NCBI GenBank assembly: GCA_002633005.1
Contig: NMRA01000064.1
Coordinates: forward strand, 622,354 to 686,353
Length of the DNA: 64,000 nucleotides
Origin: Phoronis australis
Taxonomy: Eukaryota; Animalia; Phoronida
Direction of reading: 5' to 3'
Part shown: positions 13,200-26,655 of the stretch, piece after piece
Position numbering within the stretch: the first letter of the stretch is position 1
How the letters are laid out: the number at the start of each line of letters is the position of its first letter
The notes under the pieces: generated by a model
What the model was told of the DNA's origin: nothing
Seen by the model: only the letters and a program-made list of their open reading frames with translations
The model's database searches: none
Program-made: the position numbers and the translations under genes

Positions 13200-13577
13200 C
13201 CAAACGCATCACTTTATGAACCAAGTAATAACTATCAGTTGTTTTGAAACTCGGGAGCCATTTGTAATCTGTGTAAAGTTGGCAGCAGTTTTGTAATGGC
13301 AAGGGACTAAATCAAAAGTTAAATTTTTGGTAGAAGACAACTTAAAGCATCATTAAATATTCTTTACAAATTTCATGAAATTATAAATTTGTATGTTTTA
13401 CGCAGTTCCAGTGCCTACATTTTACATGAAGGTTACACCCGTGCCAGCCCTGCATGGTCCATGGGCGCGTGATTACTTCTACCAAATTTGAACACTGCAC
13501 TGACCATTAATGAACACATCAGACCCAATTCAACATTTAACTTGACAAAACTACCATGAACACTAAGTTTTAAAAAG

Positions 13578-14802
<1,225 letters not shown>

Positions 14803-15032
14803 TTATGACATTTGACTTAAGTGTTCACCTAGCATCAGCAGATAATCCCACGTGGACCTTCCTTACAGTAAAATACAGAAAACAGCATTCACTTAAGCCA
14901 ATTTGGCATTGAAATACACTTTCCACAATAAATTAACGGTAACCTTTGTGTTATTTCCAAACATAAAATGACACACACTATGTCAGGTTTTAACAAAGTT
15001 CCAAGCTTTGTGAGCATCTAAACTGAAGACAA

Positions 15033-15455
15033 TTCTGTGCATATAGCCACCTGTCTTAGCTGAGCCTGACTGGACTACACTATGTGGATATAGCCAGCTG
15101 TCTTTGCTAAGTCTGGATAGACTACACTCTGTGGATATAGCCAGCTGTCTTTGCTAAGTCTGGCTAGACTACACTATGTGGATATAGCCAACTGTCTTAG
15201 CTGAGTCAGGCTGGACTACACTCTGTGGATATAGCCAGTTGTCTTAGATGAGCCTGGCTGGACTACAGTCAGTGGATATAGCCAGCTGTCTTAGCTGAGC
15301 TTGGCTGGACTATACTCAGTGGATATAGCTAGCTGTCTTAGCTGAGCTTGGCTGGACTACACTCTCTGGATATAGCAAGCTGTCTTAGCTGAGCCTGGCT
15401 GGACTACACTCTGTGGATACAGCCAGCTGTCTTACTTCGAGCCTGTCTGGAATAC
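15033..15455. repeat. 47-bp minisatellite, ~9 copies
   Basis: Unit GGATATAGCCAGCTGTCTTAGCTGAGCCTGGCTGGACTACACTCTGT; period 47 (15086, 15133, 15180...); ends just before the N at 15491. Confidence 0.95.
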
Positions 15456-16739
15456 GCACTTTTCGCAAAACCCCAATTCAGGAGTTGCTANAAACGTTTG
15501 AATCAACGAATACTATATATTTGTGAGAGTTAAATCAAGTCCTATTCAGATCATAACTTTGAAGTGGAATAATTGGGTGAGTAAGACAACAAGCCGGTTT
15601 TATGCTTAGGCGGACGACTATAGGGTTTCGGAGTGTATATCTCATACAAGTGAACGCTTGTTGTCAGCCACTGCAGTCTATGTATAACTACTGACTATTG
15701 ATTCTTTAACTCTAGTCCTACCATGCTATAGACTTGTGTAAGCAATAGTGACAAGATGGTTACTTCTATTCTCAGAGTCAGGTTGATGCAAGTTAACAAA
15801 ATGTGCCACATTTCACAAAATAATTAATAAATTGTAGAACTCAAGGAGCAAAATATTCATTTAATAAAAAACTTTTAACAGATAGAACTACTTGTTAAAT
15901 AATTTGCATTGTTTAAACACATGTGGCTTTGATTCTTCAAGTTTCACTCTATTAGCATCCCACCACTTCCACCTGTGTTGTGCTAAAAATCCTCTCTAAA
16001 TCGCTTAACTGCCCAGAGACAATTGCCAGATCTGGACTAGTGCAGATGGTGAAGGTAACAAGTCTGTAATCTCAGTATCTCTGTTTTGATCGAACCACTC
16101 AGCTTTCGCTAAATTCCTTCCTTTTTCTATTCCAACTCTGAACTGGCATTAACAAATTGCTGTTTGTGAGCTGGAGAAAACATCTAGGGCTATTCTTCGG
16201 ACTTGCGGGACGAGACATCGATTTATGCTTAATTATTGAATATTTCATTTGATCTGTTCTTCTTTCCAGGCACGGATGAGTTGGTGAGCTGGAAAATGTT
16301 ACTTATTTCAGCGAACCATGTCTTTCTCGTTTTTCTTCGTGGGCGCAGACATCTTGGTAATCACTTGAGTCTTGAAATTTGCCATTTCCCCAATAGGTGG
16401 AGCCTACTTAAAGCTCCGATTGCAAAAAAAATTAGCAATAAAGTTTATTTAAAGTCGAGTTTTGGGTATAAACAAGTTAAAATCAGCACAGATGTAAGTT
16501 TCTGACAAGAAAGACTATATACAATTACTCACAAACAATAACAGAGCTACAAGCATGAAAATTTTGAGACATCCTGATGAGAAAACAGATAAATTTTGAG
16601 TCTCAGATACTGGAATAAAAACTTACAAAAAGTAGCGACGTTGCGTCCTCCACGAACTTCAGCTTGGCTTGTGACGTTATCGTTATTCTGGCCAATTGGT
16701 GGCGTTTTGACCTGACGGCGCGGCATTGACGTCAAAGAA

Positions 16740-17165
16740 CACCATCCCATACGTGTGATACTCGAATCTTAAACCGCCTCTTTTATTTAAAGAGGGACTC
16801 CCAATGCTCTCATGGAGAGCTTCCTTTACACCTCTTCTGAACCAGTCTTCCTCAAAGTCTAGGATAACGACATCATCAGTATTGAAATCATGTCCAGTGT
16901 CGCACAGGTGGCTAAAAATAGCCGAATCATAAGTGTCCCCGTAGCTAGGACGACGATGTTGTGAAAGACGCATTTTTATGGACTGTTTCGTTTCACCTAT
17001 GTAACTGCCTGAGCACTGGGGATTTTTACACTGAACACCATAGACAACACATGATTGATTACCCTTGAGGGTCTTGTCCTTGACATTAACCAGTTGGCTG
17101 TGGAGAGAATTAAACGGTTTGTGGATGATAGAAATGTCAAACTGTTTAAATGTACTCTTGAGGCA
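16740..17165 (-). mobile_element. Penelope-like retroelement 3' fragment (GIY-YIG endonuclease)
   Basis: Minus frame reads HKPFNSLHSQLVNVKDK..QSCVVYGVQCKNPQCSGSYIGETKQSIKMRLSQH..SAIFSHLCDTGHDF..ILDFEEDWFRRGVKEA..PSLNKRGG, the VVY-YIG/CCHH signature of PLE endonucleases. Confidence 0.9.
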
Positions 17166-20100
17166 TTTCTATGGAATTCTCAATCGACATTTTCATACAA
17201 ACGCCCCAATCCAAGGCTTAATAGCTTGGAAACTGACAGTTGCCGTTTTAAATGGAAATTGAAAGCTTTTAAAACTTTAAGCAAAAAGTCTGTAACGAGT
17301 GTGCAACGATGAACCAATTGAAATCATTCAGTGGAAGAACGCTCCCTTGGCAGTCAAATGGAAATTTGCTTTTGCAAAAAAACTTATTCGAGCAATTTTT
17401 AAAGAAAAAAAAATGCAACTTCGATATGAGTATTAGGGTTTTCCAACACAAAACTTATGAATTCAAAAATGGCGCAGTGTATCCATTTAATGCCAGTTGT
17501 GATTTGAGTTGACGGTCTCATTCGGCAACAGTCTTAGATCAAATGAGTTTGGTAGGGCCAGGTCGTGTTTTTTTTGCCCAGCGTTACTCACATGTTGACT
17601 ACTCTGGTCAAATATCAATTAGATGATGATACTCGTACGTTGGTGTTGGCTTAGTAGTGGTACGATAATACTGCGCCATCTATTTAGCATGGCGGACGAA
17701 CGAAATTTTATTTGAGTTTAAAAAAATTTCTCAAAAAAATCAAAGATTAAAATGTTAGTCAGTTGTTAGCTTGTTTGTATTATGTAGTTGTCAAAAAACA
17801 ACATTTTCTTAATTTCCATAATGTACAATAAGGTCATTAGCCCTTAAAAAATTAAAAATGATAATTTTGTCAATTATTTGTGTGCGAAATATCTGAAGAA
17901 TATTACAGTAAATGGTGAGTATCGTCTGACGCGCGAATTATAGTCTATGGTTTTACTTAGCAGGCTAGCGGAACAGCACGGCCCACGCTTTCCGCACTCA
18001 CGTATAGGCCTACGGCTCACCGTACCTGTNACAAAACCAGGCCAGACTGTATATAGTTTTTACGGTCCCCGCCCTCATCAAACCTTAGCCTGACTCTGGT
18101 TCAGCGGAACATGTTCAGTGATTGCATTATTCCAACTGAGAGGACATCAGGCTAACGCATGTCCTCACCTATTGTCAAAGACATTGCGAACTCGACGTGA
18201 CAGCAACAGATGGCGCAAAAAGTAGAAACATGAAAGGATTCCTGGCTCTTTTTCTTCTTTATTTCCGAAAAAAGCTATTTCTTTCACTGCAGTCAGGCAC
18301 GGTACGGTGTAGCTGTGGTCAAGCCAAATTGCAGATTCCTCTTAAATTTACCATTTACAGTTCATGTTATTCCAGGTGGAACAAGCTTCGAGTTTTAGTT
18401 CTTCGTGGAGCCGATTAAGTTTCCGCAAAAACATTTCCCACCACATGGCCGTCTGTGTAGGAAAGTTCACTTCAAAACTGTTAGACAACGTTTTTATACA
18501 AAGACGAATGAAGGTTACTTTCTACCCAAGCATGTCGCATCGTAGTTGTCCCCTACGTTACGCACAAAAATATGGCGAAATGATTTTCACTAAACTACCA
18601 GGAGAGAGACTCTATTGGCTGACGCGTCTTCACCATAAGGGGACAAAAGTTGTAGAGTCAATTAGAACGACAAATTGATTGGATAATCGATTACTCGATA
18701 TTTTTTTCTTGTGGAGGGGACAAATATTATTGAATAGGCCTCAAGATGAACTTTTGTTGAGCGATGTTCGATGATTAATGAAGGGTCGTGTTGACAACTG
18801 TGAGAGACGCGACACGCGTTTTGGTCGTCACAAAGAGGATAATGTATGAATGATATCGCTCGTTGTTCAGCTTTGAGTGGCTGTCACTGTCATATTTTTC
18901 ATCATATGACGTAACCGCAAATGAATCTCATCTATAATCACGGCAATGCTGACATGTAAACGAGTTTATTGAAACAAATACTGAAAACATTCCATTTTTA
19001 TGAGTTGACGTTCAAAATGCTTATGAAAACGAGGCTGCTCAAAATTGTCGCTGAGCACAGGTTTATAGAGAGGCAATTGTCGTTGTAAAGATACCCTTCC
19101 AACACTTTCTTGAAATTCAAAACATATTCTAAAGTTAAACTTTTTGAGCATCATGCTAATTTTTCAAAGAATTCGTTAGGTTATCAAGTTCTGAGATTGA
19201 ATTTTGAATTTCTGGCTGTACAGTACCATTAAAATGGACGTTACAGTGATGTAGGATCCTATGAAAATGGCAAAATTTGTCTAACTTCGTATCTCAGAAA
19301 TTCTGATTGGATTCATACGAAACTGAGCTTTATGCACTGTTCTGCAAAAACTGTTCGTAATTACTTTCAAAATGTTCCAATCTTTACACGCAGGGCTATC
19401 ATCAATTAGTCTTATATGACTTTCATGAAAAAATCAAAAGTTTCATAAATCGAAAATGAAATGATAATTTAGAACACTGTGACAGTATTTTTGACATTTT
19501 ATCTTGGACACCTATATCGAACAAAATGTGGCCATGTTACCGATACCGTTGTTTTGTTATCAATGTAACTTTCTTTTTTGCCAAATTTTACTAAAAAGGC
19601 CACACGTGATCATCTGCAGATTGATAAAATGTTACAAATCAAACTTCTTCAGCCTTTCTACCTGCAGAAAATATATAGTTTTATTGAGTTGAGTAATCTA
19701 TATTTTTTAGATATTTGAATACATTCACAGCCTTCTGGATAAAGTCATAAATAACCTTGATACTTCTTAATTCGTATAACTTTTCTCATGTTCCGTTTTT
19801 TGAGGACTAGATAAAGAATTCTGCTTTACGAATCGAACTTCAGGGCTCGAAATCAAACTCGAAATTATTTTTTGAGATATTTCGTCCTGATTTATCACGA
19901 ATTCAAGATAAGATGAAATGTCAAAAACAATTAGACAACGGCCACAGAATGCGTCCCGCGTGGACTGAATTATATATATCCTACGCATTCTACAGTACCC
20001 GTGTTTCATAAGATACGAATTAACACACTCACGTATATCCATATACACAGGTATAAATAAATTTATTTCCATATTTACAAAACTTTACATTACAATACAT

Positions 20101-20703
20101 AGCACAATTATATTAAAAACAATATTAAATAATTACAGCCAGGTTTCTTGTTAAACATTAAAACTTTGATTGTTTTAAAAAACGTTCACTTTCGGCTGCA
20201 GCCTAGACACGATAGGCAAATCGTTTTTCTACGAGTTTGAAAACATTCCATGCCAGCATTCCAATCGTGCTTCAAGCATCGGTACTGTGTAATTTTGTTT
20301 CTTTGCTTCTTAAATGAGTCTATTATTTAACTGTCACTTTAAATGCATATCATATGACTCATTTTACATGCACGCTTAAGTTACAATTTGCCACTCATAG
20401 ATCCACCGTACAAATGAATACTGATCGTTGAGACAACTGTATTCTCATAGATTTCAAAGCATGACTGATGAAATTTCGAGTCGTATTGCTGACGTCAGCA
20501 TTTCCAGTTTTATCTCCTAGCACTTACAGAAAACGTTCGTTCAATTCGGCAGTCCTTCTTTACAGGTTAATTAGTTTGTTTGGCAGTCGGATTGACCTCT
20601 GAACTTGTTCTCTCATGCACTCCCCTACCTGTGCCCCATGGCGTGGGTCGAGACGGTGCGAAACACGTGACTTGACCAAGTCTCGCTTTGCGACAGACGG
20701 GTT

Positions 20704-23700
20704 TCAATGACATCCGCAACTTGCTGCCACCATGTCGTCGTACTGTTTTAAGATAACATTCTCATCGTTGTCAAAATACAGAAGACTGAATGAGTCTAGT
20801 TTGTTAGGAACACAGCATGGTGAATCGACACCTTTGCCTATTTTGAGTGTATGAACAATACTTTGCACAGTAGCATGATTGGTAGGTTGCTGATTTTGGC
20901 CCAAGGGAAATGGGCAGTGTCCCTTACAATGATAAGCATCGTAACCTGTGGGTGCTATAATCCAGCCCGACCATCCAATCTCGTAAAAGTCAACGTAAAG
21001 TTTGTGGCGGGCGCACGTGTGCTTTTTCCGTCCCTTTGACGGTTCTCGCTTGCCCCTGGCTGCGCGCTTTGTCCTGGACCGCGGTGCGTCGGCTGTGACG
21101 TCTCTATTTTTCCATCGAAGACCGTGCTTCGCTCTGTGTCCCTCGTTTAAGAATCGAATGGCGCTGTGGTTCGGAGGTGGATGACGATTACGATGTCGCT
21201 TCCTTTTGTTCTTATTCCTGTTTTTACGCGGCCTGTCTTCGTCGTCATCAACGACGTCATCGGTTCCAGATCCGTAACTCCCTTCTTCTCCTCCGTCGCC
21301 ATCCTCAGAATAGTCTTCTTGTCTCGCCATTAAATCTATAAACAATAGTAGTGCAATTAGATACCATTCTTTGTACGAAGTAATCGAAACGGTTGACTTA
21401 CTTGATTGGCGGTATGGTTTTTGATATTCGACGCAAATATTTCCCTTGAGGCTATGTATTTCCTTACTAGTTTACTTAAGAACGTACAACGTTTGCGTTG
21501 TTGACCAGTACTGCACTACTGGCACAGATAAACACGAACACACTTCTGAACCAAGGCAACCACAATTCTAAAGCTGTAACAAATTTAGCACGACTTGTAG
21601 CGAGCAAAGAGTTTGCGCGAATATAGTTACTCGGAATTATTCCGTTTTCGTCACGAAAACATCGTCTATCAGTTTACTGAATTTCGTCCACTCATCGATT
21701 GCATAAAAATTATTTACAAACCTTGGTCTGCTGGGTCCACAGGCTTATATTTACTTCTTCTCCCGTCGTCGGTGAAGACTACGAGTATTGGCTGTTTGCT
21801 CCCATGATGTTCACTTCTCTGAGCAAAACGCACGTGACTGCCGTTCATGTGATCACCGTGGAAATCACGTGCAACTAAGAGAAAGCCTACAACAGAATAA
21901 AAATGTCGTTTCAATATTAGGCCTACTATTTTGCTTCGCCAACCAGTTTAGAAGTCTTTTCAGTCAAAAGATCACTAAAATCAGAGCAATTCGTGAACTC
22001 CGTATTTATGTACACTGTATTTGTTATTTGGTTCAAAATGATGTTCAACGTCATTCGACTTCAGCGGCCATTTTGTAGATGAACAACCATAACCGGAAAA
22101 GTAAAGATAAAACTTTCAGCAGCATAAACATTTGAATTGAATTGTTTTTATTTTGAAACAAATTGACGCCATGAGTTGAAAGTTGCCGACATTGGGGCAC
22201 ACGCACTTGCGATAGTTACTTTTCATAATTTTAAATTTTCCGCATGTCATACTAAAATTTTAATTAGGTATTGAAAAGTGTAATAATCTAACCATAATAA
22301 GGTTTTGGAGTGGATCACTCAACAACATCTAGTCACAAAAGCTGGGTTGCCCCAATTTTTATCTATTTTTGTTTTTCTACTGTATCTCAGGCAGCGCCAC
22401 AGAACGATATCTCACCGTGGTTAGGTTGAGATGCGTTCACCCAGTCAATCACGGCTGGTAACACACGGAACACCTCCCAGCCGTGTGAATAGGCACTGAC
22501 CCTCTTGACGTCCAACAGCCGTAAGAACTTCGGGTTCCACATATTGCTCTCGTCCAAAACTTGATACACTTTTAACTGAAAACAAAATAAATTATATTAG
22601 ATATCAGATTACATAACAAGAGGGCCTTTCAACTTTAGTTTTAAAAAATGTTCCTTGATGCGTGATCAATATAATTTTATCTTTAACACAATTACCCTTT
22701 TAATCGTTCCGTTTGATGAGTACGTATTTACTTTATTTTACCATTAGAACAGTGATGAATCAGGTCTTCACACGACAATATTTCAGAACATTGCTCATTG
22801 CGAAGGATGACATTAAAATCATTAGCACAACTAAACCCCTATGTTAACGTCACCACCGGAGATAATTATGTTAATTACTTTGAGGAGTCATTAACCTTTA
22901 CAAGCACTAAAAAGGACACACACGGCATGTCTTGAAAACAGTAGCGTTTGATATTGAAGGTTTACGGTTTAGTGCTAAAAACCATTGTCATTGTTTATGA
23001 TATAAGCTTGTTAATATGACACATTTGCAAATTTATTGTTTGGTCCTGAAAAAAAATATTATCGAAATTGAAAAGTCGAACAACTATGTGAAATTATTTC
23101 CCAATAAACAATAAAGTACACTTTCACGTTTGAATCATCGCCACGCAAAGCTCCGAATACGGCCTATAAAGCGAAACAAGGCATCAGAGTTCATTTGTTG
23201 TTCTTTACGTTCGGCGCTCTATCAACGTAGTTATATTAGCGTATTGCGAACAAATGCTTGCTGTGCGAAACTCTGTGTGATGAGCGGGCTGGGAACCCTG
23301 AAAACATTTACAGGACTATCGCAAGTATTGGTATACGGATTAGAAAAGCACTTTTATGACTGCAGACCAACACGGCAGAAGTCGCACGTGTGGTTCTTTT
23401 ATATGGTCTTCATAAGGATTGTGTTTGTTATTATAATGCGTTATGTTTACTGTACAACATTTCTCTATAGAATATGTTTGTATTCTGCTCAATGTTATTT
23501 TTCATTTAATTTGATTTCGACTGGGGGACAGCTGTGATAGATGGGGTCACGTGCACAGCTGAAGGGTCACGTGCACAGCTGAAGGGTCCCTGTAGTTGTA
23601 CTTGAACACGGGGTGCCCTGGAATTTTTGCAATTTATTTCACACAACACATCTACCCAAACCATGTTAATATTTCATGTAGTTGCCTTAAAAATAAATGT

Positions 23701-26655
23701 ATGCATGCAGTGGCCATTTCCCTGAATAATTTAACATGAACACGTTAATCCAGTGTGAATGTACTGATAGAAATCGACAACAGAAAAATATCCAAAATTT
23801 TACTTTTACGCTCTTCGATTCAAAATTGTTTATCGCGCACTAATCGAACCGCGACCTGTAGTGTCGTGGATTTGTGATGAATGCCGGCACCTATGGTATG
23901 TTTTATGGATACTAATGGATGTTTGATCAAGGGAAGACAGTGTAAATTTGCAAACCCCCGCGGCAACATTACTTCACAACGAATTAGCCGAATATAATAG
24001 TTAATCTGTGAAAACATGTCCGTTTACGCGATAACTCCATGGCCTATATTTCAAGCCTTATTGGGTTCATATTGCACTGCGTTTCTCAAACTAAATATTT
24101 GCTGTGACACGTATGATTCTAGACCGTCACACTAACGGCTCAACACTGCCCCACTGACGTAGCTTTTCTTTTGAGCACAGTCGCATAATGTCCTGAGAAT
24201 TATTTGCTTGACAAAAATACGAGGCAGATAATCATATGGTTGTTGACTCAAGTGTGAGAAAGCGCACGCTGTCGATTTAATCTTTTAAATTAGACGAGGC
24301 TACTGCTTGACCAAAGAGCATAGTGTAGCTGATCGCATCTTAAAACTTTAGTTATGCAATCTTTTTACAAGTATCTCGATTGTTTATCCAACACGTGGCC
24401 ATTTCGGGTATTCCACCACGTGTTCACGTCAAAAATTAGTCTTGCGTGAATCAACTTTTCATACCTCCACTAAATGAAAACTTCTTTTTCCCTTCTCTTC
24501 AGCTCGCGGTTTCATCTTGAACAGATGCAGTTCTGCTGCCAACAACTTCTCGTCTTTAATATGAGACGTGTTGAACTTAAAATGCATACGGTGCACTGAG
24601 TCTGAAACGAACAACATTAACATCATGGATTACTTTTAAAAGTCATTTATTCTTGGCTATTTAATCTTATTCACAGACACTTTTTAGACATGATCAATGA
24701 AGGTTGCCTCGTACGTAATTCGAAACGATTTGATACCTTGTAATTATAAAGTGTTCGTTACTTGTCCCGGCACAAAATGTTTTCAAGCCGTTCGTAAATT
24801 TTGTCGTTTTAGTGGGGCGCACACCATCTTCTTGGACCTTTTAGTTGTTCATTAATTAATTAACATTTAAAACTGAAATTGAATGCTCCCGGATATCAAT
24901 CATTTTCCACACCTGTATTTACTGAAGGGTAATTAAAGATACACTTCGCCTTGTTTACCGGCAAAATGCATACATGCGCCATTTTCGAATTCGTAATTGT
25001 ATTATTGGCCATTAACAATAAACTAGGAAGTGTTTTCTTGAATCTCTAATGGTTTTGCATTTCTTGTTAAGGAAATGGAACCCTGTCGTAGTGAAGAATA
25101 TTATGAAACCAATTTTATGAGAGTAAAGGCTAATCATATTTTCCTTCAAGTTTCAGCCAGCTAAGCGGAGCGTATTGTAGCTTTAACTAACCAGTCAGGC
25201 TGTAATATGGAAGACATCATAAACAATGACTCCCTACATTTTTTCGACTAATTGCGTATTCTAATACTTCGCTTATATAAAAACCAGTAGGTATAAATAC
25301 CTACGTTATATAGTTGCTGTCATGGCTTTATAATCTTGATTCTATCAAGAACATGTCCTAAAGACGTAAAATTAATTCTACATAAAATCAATGTGTTAAT
25401 TTCTCCATCAACGAAGAACATTGGCAAAATTATGACGAAATAGTTTTTGTTCATCGGAGGTCCCGAAACACTTCTCGGGTCTCTAACTAGCTTTACGAGG
25501 GTTGGACGGCAAAGTTTGCTTTTGTCATTTGAGTTAATATTCTCACCAATTTGGGACTGTTTGATCATTTAGTGGTGTGCACCTGTGGCTGGCTGTATTA
25601 TCCCTGCCCAATGGCGCATTATAGTTAAGGCAATAGAGCGATGTATGTGTACTTGAAAGTTATTGTTTGGGTTCATAACCAGCTTGTTTGTTTAGTTGTT
25701 CGATGGTAGAGGGGGTAAACAGTTAAGTGTCAGTCACACCTGAGGCCGACAGCCGCGCTTTACCTGGCTGTAAACTGATCTTGTTTGCTTCAAAGTTTAG
25801 CGTTTTTTGACTAGCACAAGGTGCGAAGTACCGCCGGGAAAGTCAACAAGAGTCTTTATCACTTGAAGACTGGTTGACATTCTCGTTTTATTAGATTACC
25901 AACAACTCAACTAGCTGGGTCGTCTAAGGTGTACACTCTTTTGAAAAAAGTGTTTAAATAACACTAATTTGATGAGAAACTTGCCGCTCGGATTTCTGTA
26001 AATTGAACTTTTAACACTCAAAAAATTCTGTGAATGCCTGAATTTAGGTACTCACTAAATTACACACAGTGCCACAGTATCTATTCATCCGCGCTTCATT
26101 GAATCTCAAATACCGTGCAGATCAACTCATACGCTTTATCTTATATAGTTTTGAAATAAATAAGCTCGTTTTCTGAATACAAATATTTAAATTACCAGAA
26201 AACCACGACTCTATATAATGTTTAATGCATCATACTTACTGAACGATGTTGGTGTATGAAATATCTAATCTAATTGAATAATTTGAAAAAAAAACAAAGA
26301 TACATTAAGAAGGAAACGTTTACTTCACTTTCACATTAAATTTCACATATTAACTCTTACCTTTGTCTGGAAAACTGCGGACGACGTCTGCGTTGAAGGG
26401 ACTGGGAGTTTTTGTGTTTCCGTTTTTATCCGCAATGGAGTTGTATAGATCCACCATATACTGCGGAGGAGTTTTGTGTTTTTTAAATCCGTGAGGCGCT
26501 TCCTCCATCCCAAAAACTTTTGAAAGTCTCTCGATTGCTTCATCTCGCTCCTTTGTTAATGTCCTTGGTTGGGTAACTCCACAAGTTATATAGGGTAGAA
26601 TCGTCAAAAGACTAATAATTGCGATGGCGCCGGCACGTCTGCTAAAGTTCCCCAT
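20704..26655 (-). CDS. ADMP: anti-dorsalizing morphogenetic protein (TGF-beta/BMP family), ~462 aa
   Basis: Exons 26655-26361 (signal peptide, PPQYMVDLY), 24601-24465 (LLAAELHLFK), 22575-22416 (GWEVF..AVIDW), 21886-21722 (QPILVVFTDD), 21335-20704. Phases 1,0,1,1 join in frame (1389 nt). Mature domain CARHKLYVDFYEIGWSGWIIAP..CPFPLGQNQQPTNHATVQSI..LLYFDNDENVILKQYDDMVAASCGCH has the ADMP-diagnostic IGWSGWII, FPLGQ and LLYFD-DENV-LKQYDDMVA motifs. Confidence 0.95.
26626..26641 (+). promoter_or_regulatory. BMP-responsive Smad1/5-Smad4-Schnurri element (GGCGCC-N5-GTCTG) within ADMP coding exon 1
   Basis: Sequence tGGCGCC-ggcac-GTCTG exactly matches the GRCGNC(N5)GTCTG consensus; function inferred only. 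Confidence 0.55.

Noticed and set aside
15033-15455. CRISPR-like or coding repeat (47 bp)
   Set aside because: Head-to-tail units without unique spacers; period not a multiple of 3.
16100-16420. Possible small gene upstream of MRM2 (minus-strand short ORFs)
   Set aside because: Only short frames (about 50 aa or less) with no recognisable similarity; may be UTR.
20704-21010. BMP2/4 (dpp) or BMP5-8 identity for the TGF-beta gene
   Set aside because: IGWSGWII, FPLGQ and LLYFD-DENV-LKQYDDMVA motifs and the Pinhead linkage indicate ADMP.
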